DNA of 64,000 nt, from assembly GCA_031372565.1 (NCBI GenBank), contig JANMLN010000151.1, positions 13,128-77,127 of the forward strand. Direction: 5' to 3'. Each line of letters opens with the position of its first letter. Position 1 is the first letter of the stretch. A program made the position numbers and the translations under genes. Of the stretch, positions 60,237 through 64,000 are shown in pieces. This DNA is from Gemmatimonadota bacterium (GTDB taxonomy: Bacteria > Gemmatimonadota > Gemmatimonadetes > Gemmatimonadales > Gemmatimonadaceae). Under the pieces are notes generated by a model, which did not search any database, was not told where the DNA came from, and worked only from the letters and a program-made list of their open reading frames with translations.

Positions 60237-63200
60237 ATGCTGCCACGCATCGCGCTCGCCATCGCCCTCGCTGTCCCGTCGCTCACCACCGCGCAGGCCC
60301 GCCGCCCGGGCGCCGCGACTCCCGCGCCCGCGACCGACAGCGCGCGCGGTCTCTCCTTCGACGGCCTCAAGTGGCGGTCGATCGGGCCGGCCATGATGTC
60401 GGGGCGCATCAGCGACATCGCGATCCATCCCGCGCAGCCGCGCACCTGGTACATCGCGGCGGCGAGTGGCGGGCTCTGGAAGACCACGAACGCCGGCACG
60501 ACGTTCACCCCGGTGTTCGATACGCAGAGTGCCTACTCGATCGGCGTGGTCACGATCGATCCGAAGTCGCCATACACCGTGTGGGTGGGCACCGGCGAGA
60601 ACAACTACCAGCGCGCGCTCGCGTATGGCGACGGCGTGTACAAGTCGCTCGACGGCGGCAAGAGCTGGGAGAATGTCGGGCTCAAGACCTCGGAGCACAT
60701 CGGGCGCATCCTGATCGACCCGCGCAACAGCAACACGGTCTACGTCGCGGCGCAGGGACCGGTGTGGACCCCCGGTGGCGAGCGTGGCCTCTACAAGACG
60801 ACCGACGGTGGCAAGACGTGGGCACGCGTGCTGGGCGGCGGCGACTGGGTCGGCGTGAACGACGTCCAGCTCGACCCGCGCAATCCGGATGTCCTGATCG
60901 CGACGACGCACACGCGGCAGCGCCGAGTGTGGGGCCAGGTCAGCGGTGGCCCGGAGAGTGGCCTGCATCGCTCCACCGACGGCGGCGTCACATGGAAGCG
61001 GATCACGGCAGGACTGCCAACCGAAGAGCTCGGTCGCATCGGATTGGCGATCAGCCCGAAGGATCCCGACGTGGTCTATGCCGTCATGGAGGCCGCGAAC
61101 GGCAAGGGTGGCTTCTACCGGTCGAATGACGTTGGCGCGAGCTGGACGCGCATGAGCGATGCGAACACGAGCGGCCTGTACTACGCCGAAGTGTTTGCCG
61201 ATCCGCACGCGACCGACCGCGTCTATCTCGTGGACACGTACAACTCCGTCAGCGACGACGGCGGCAAGACCTTCCGACGGCTGGGCGAGAAGTTCAAGCA
61301 CGTGGACAATCACGTCATCTGGATCGATCCGACCGACGCGAACCACTACATCGTCGGCTGCGACGGTGGCCTCTACGAGAGCTTCGACAAGGCCACGAGC
61401 TGGAAGTTCTTCCCGAACCTTCCACTCGCGCAGTTCTACAAGGTGGCCACCGACAACAGCACGCCGTTCTATCGCGTCTATGGCGGCACGCAGGACAACG
61501 CGACCGTTGGTGGCCCGTCGCGCAACAACACCGTGCACGGCATCGGCAACCACGAGTGGAACATGGTCGTCTTCGGCGACGGCTTTTCGGCCGCGGTCGA
61601 CCCGACCGATCCGAATACGGTCTACGGCGAGTGGCAGAACGGTGGCCTGGTGCGGCACGACCGCAGGACCGGCGAGAATGTCGGGATCCAACCACAGGAG
61701 GATGCCACGTCCCCGCCGAATCGCTGGTACTGGGATTCGCCGCTCCTGATCTCGCCGCACAACCCCAAGCGCATCTACTACGGCTCGCAGCGGCTCTGGC
61801 GCTCCGACGACCGCGGCGACTCGTGGACGGCGCTGAGCGGTGACCTCTCGCGACAGATCGACCGCCGCCAGCTGCGGCTCCTCGGCCGTCAGCAGAGTGC
61901 CGATGCGATCGGGCTCAACGGCTCGACCAGCTTCTTTGGCTCGCTCATCACCATCAGCGAGTCGCCCAAGCAGGAAGGGCTGATCTACGCCGGCACGGAT
62001 GACGGCCTGATTCAAGTCACCGAGGACGGTGGCAAGACGTGGCGGCGCATCGAGCGCTTGCCCGGCGTTCCGGACACGACGTACATCATCCAGGTGCTGG
62101 CCTCGCCGCACGACGCGAACGTGGTGTACGCGGTGCCGAACAACCATCGGTCGGGCGACTTCGCACCGTACCTGCTGCGCAGCGCCGATCGCGGGCGCTC
62201 GTGGACATCGATCGTCGCCAACTTGCCGGCGCGCGGGTCGGTGTACACGATCGCCGAAGATCCCGCGGTCGCGGGACTGCTCTACATCGGGACCGAGTTC
62301 GGGGCGTGGGTCAGCATGGATAACGGCGCCAAGTGGTCGAAGTTGAGTGGCGGGTTGCCGACGATCCAGGTGCGACACTTGGTGATTCAGGAGCGCGAGG
62401 GCGATCTCGTCGCTGCCACCTTCGGGCGCGGCTTCTACATCCTCGATGACCTGTCGGCGCTGCGCGCGACGGCACGAAACGCTTCTCTTCTCCGCGCAGC
62501 GGACGCGACACTCTTCCCCGTGAAGGCCGCGGCGATGTTCCTGCCGTCGGAACCGTACTTGGGGGGCCAGGGCCCGGGGTTCTTCGGTGCGCAGCACTAC
62601 GTCGCACCGAATCCGCCGCATGGTGCCGTCTTCACCTACTGGCTCGCGAAGGAACTCAAGTCGTCGCGTGCTGCGCGGCAGGAGCGCGAGAAGGGACTGG
62701 TGAAGAACGGCGCGGACGTGCCGTTCCCCGGCTTCGACGCGTTGCGCGCCGAGGAACGCGAGGAGGCGCCGGAAGCGGTGCTGACCATTCGCGACGCCGA
62801 CAATCGGATCGTCCGCCGGATGACGGGCCCGGTCACGGCGGGGTTCTCGCGCGTTGCATGGGATCTCAGGTGGGCCGCGCCGAACCTGGCACCGGCCCGT
62901 ACGCCGGGCGCCGACGAGGACGATCAGGGGCCGAGGGGGCCGGTGGCATCACCCGGAGCGTACTCCGTCACGCTGTCGCTCCGGCAACAGGGAACGCTCC
63001 GCGACATCGGCACGCAGCAGTTCTCGGCTGAGCCTCCTGAAGCATTGGCAGGCACCACGGCCCGCGATGCGTCGACGCGCGATTTCCGTCTCACGACCGC
63101 GCGGCTGCAACGCGCTGTGCTGGGCGCGATCGCACTCGCCACCGAAACACAGGCGCGCATCACGCAGCTGAGGCGTGCGCTGGAATCGGCCACGGGGGAC

Positions 63201-63533
63201 ACGCGCGAACTGTCGACGCGGCTGACGACGATCGAGAATCAGCTGCGTGATTTGCAGGTGCCGCTCACGGGGGATGCCACGCGCAGCCGTCGTGCCGAAC
63301 CCACGTCACCGAGTATCCGCGAGCGTGTCCGCGAGGTGATTCAATACCACTGGCAGGGCTCGGGCGCAGCGACAGCGACGCAGCGGACGAGCATTGATGC
63401 CGCGAGTGCGGCCTTTGCGCCGGTGCGCGCGTCGCTCGAGCAGCTGGTGGAGCGTGATTTGCGCGCGGTCGAAGAGGCGGCTGAGCGCGCGGGTGCTCCG
63501 TGGACGCCGGGCCGGGTGCCGCGCTGGCCGTGA
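60237..63533 (+). CDS. exported BNR/VPS10 (sortilin-like) repeat glycosyl hydrolase-type protein
   Basis: WRSIGP..MSGRI, repeated S/TxDGGxT/SW Asp-boxes, HVDNH, GGTQDN, ATFGRGFYILDD, C-terminal coiled coil. Confidence 0.9.
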   Translation: MLPRIALAIALAVPSLTTAQARRPGAATPAPATDSARGLSFDGLKWRSIGPAMMSGRISDIAIHPAQPRTWYIAAASGGLWKTTNAGTTFTPVFDTQSAYSIGVVTIDPKSPYTVWVGTGENNYQRALAYGDGVYKSLDGGKSWENVGLKTSEHIGRILIDPRNSNTVYVAAQGPVWTPGGERGLYKTTDGGKTWARVLGGGDWVGVNDVQLDPRNPDVLIATTHTRQRRVWGQVSGGPESGLHRSTDGGVTWKRITAGLPTEELGRIGLAISPKDPDVVYAVMEAANGKGGFYRSNDVGASWTRMSDANTSGLYYAEVFADPHATDRVYLVDTYNSVSDDGGKTFRRLGEKFKHVDNHVIWIDPTDANHYIVGCDGGLYESFDKATSWKFFPNLPLAQFYKVATDNSTPFYRVYGGTQDNATVGGPSRNNTVHGIGNHEWNMVVFGDGFSAAVDPTDPNTVYGEWQNGGLVRHDRRTGENVGIQPQEDATSPPNRWYWDSPLLISPHNPKRIYYGSQRLWRSDDRGDSWTALSGDLSRQIDRRQLRLLGRQQSADAIGLNGSTSFFGSLITISESPKQEGLIYAGTDDGLIQVTEDGGKTWRRIERLPGVPDTTYIIQVLASPHDANVVYAVPNNHRSGDFAPYLLRSADRGRSWTSIVANLPARGSVYTIAEDPAVAGLLYIGTEFGAWVSMDNGAKWSKLSGGLPTIQVRHLVIQEREGDLVAATFGRGFYILDDLSALRATARNASLLRAADATLFPVKAAAMFLPSEPYLGGQGPGFFGAQHYVAPNPPHGAVFTYWLAKELKSSRAARQEREKGLVKNGADVPFPGFDALRAEEREEAPEAVLTIRDADNRIVRRMTGPVTAGFSRVAWDLRWAAPNLAPARTPGADEDDQGPRGPVASPGAYSVTLSLRQQGTLRDIGTQQFSAEPPEALAGTTARDASTRDFRLTTARLQRAVLGAIALATETQARITQLRRALESATGDTRELSTRLTTIENQLRDLQVPLTGDATRSRRAEPTSPSIRERVREVIQYHWQGSGAATATQRTSIDAASAAFAPVRASLEQLVERDLRAVEEAAERAGAPWTPGRVPRWP

Positions 63534-63699
63534 GACGTCCGCGGTCAACTGACCGCTTCGAGGCGTAGGCGGCGGGAGATGGTCGTGGCACCGTAGCGCA
63601 CGCAATCGGTGTGTTGCAGATGATCGTGGGGCCCATGCCACACGGCACTGGCGTGCCGCGCGTACCCATGATCGAAGAAATGGACCGTTATCTGGTTGC

Positions 63700-63804
63700 A
63701 AGCTGTTTTTTCTCAACAGCTTAGCGATTATCTGCGAGAAAACAGAAGAAGCCGAAAGGATCGAGCGTTACCTGCACTCCAAGTGGTTGAGAATCAACAA
63801 CTTG
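63700..63804. promoter_or_regulatory. two related 8-7-8 palindromes that also match the IHF consensus
   Basis: AAGCTGTT-N7-AACAGCTT (63700-63722) and AAGTGGTT-N7-AACAACTT (63781-63803). AATCAACAACTTG matches WATCAAN4TTR exactly. Confidence 0.6.
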
Positions 63805-63841
63805 TCGGCAGTCGTCCGAAGGCACAGCGAACACTCGCGTA

Positions 63842-63856
63842 CGGCACGAATCATGC
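63842..63856 (+). promoter_or_regulatory. sigma54-type -24/-12 promoter candidate
   Basis: CGGCACGAATCATGC: GG-N10-GC with 2 mismatches to TGGCACGNNNNTTGC; IHF-like site about 40 bp upstream. Confidence 0.55.
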
Positions 63857-63858
63857 CA

Positions 63859-64000
63859 TGAGAAGTGGCCGCACTTTTTCGGACAGTGAAACGGGCTCGG
63901 CTATGTAGACCGCGGGGCGGTCAGGCTGCGGCGGCGTGCCGCAGCGCGGTGGAGGTGAAGTATGCCTGGTCGGGGGTCTGCTCCGCGAGGCTCGAGTGGG
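63859..64000 (-). mobile_element. IS3-family insertion sequence, right end (continues beyond the window)
   Basis: Terminal TGAGAAGTGGCCGCACTTTTTCGGACAG has the IS3-type TG...GGACA form; the transposase C-terminus is adjacent. Confidence 0.8.
63921..64000 (-). CDS. IS3-family transposase OrfB, C-terminal fragment
   Basis: Translation ...HSSLAEQTPDQAYFTSTALRHAAAA* matches the RPHSSL...TP.(E/Q)AY tail of IS3 integrase-core proteins. Confidence 0.8.
   Translation of the reverse strand, partial: HSSLAEQTPDQAYFTSTALRHAAAA

Noticed and set aside
63696..63908. 70-aa ORF in the AT-rich end region
   Set aside because: Atypical codon usage, no SD, spans regulatory motifs and crosses the IS3 terminus.

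Overview
A gene-dense, very GC-rich bacterial chromosomal segment with about 55 CDSs. The gene content (many exported peptidases and hydrolases, a QCPDGSPPPC-type TolB_N/TPR protein, a eukaryotic-type Ser/Thr kinase, a VPS10/BNR glycosyl hydrolase, a class I fumarase) suggests Gemmatimonadota, which is an inference. I see no rRNA, tRNA or CRISPR array. Main points: (1) a tightly coupled six-gene operon (YheO/DauR-like regulator, KstD-like FAD oxidoreductase, class III aminotransferase, PhzF-like isomerase, APC permease, N,N-dimethylformamidase large-subunit homologue) with an operator-like inverted repeat, near an AruH-like aminotransferase; it is my best candidate for an undescribed catabolic pathway; (2) an orphan bciA-like 8-vinyl reductase that hints at a phototrophic host; (3) a putative trans-envelope signalling operon (exported TolB_N/TPR protein, kinase-TM-FGE, small membrane protein); (4) a pair of unknown, possibly TULIP-like proteins; (5) prfC split by a 1-nt homopolymer frameshift; (6) a recurring -10-like hexamer 5-6 nt before start codons, suggesting leaderless mRNAs; (7) an AT-rich right end with IHF-like palindromes and a sigma54-like promoter cut by an IS3-family element. 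All family calls come from motif recognition by eye, not from database searches. Start codons were often trimmed relative to the ORF track.
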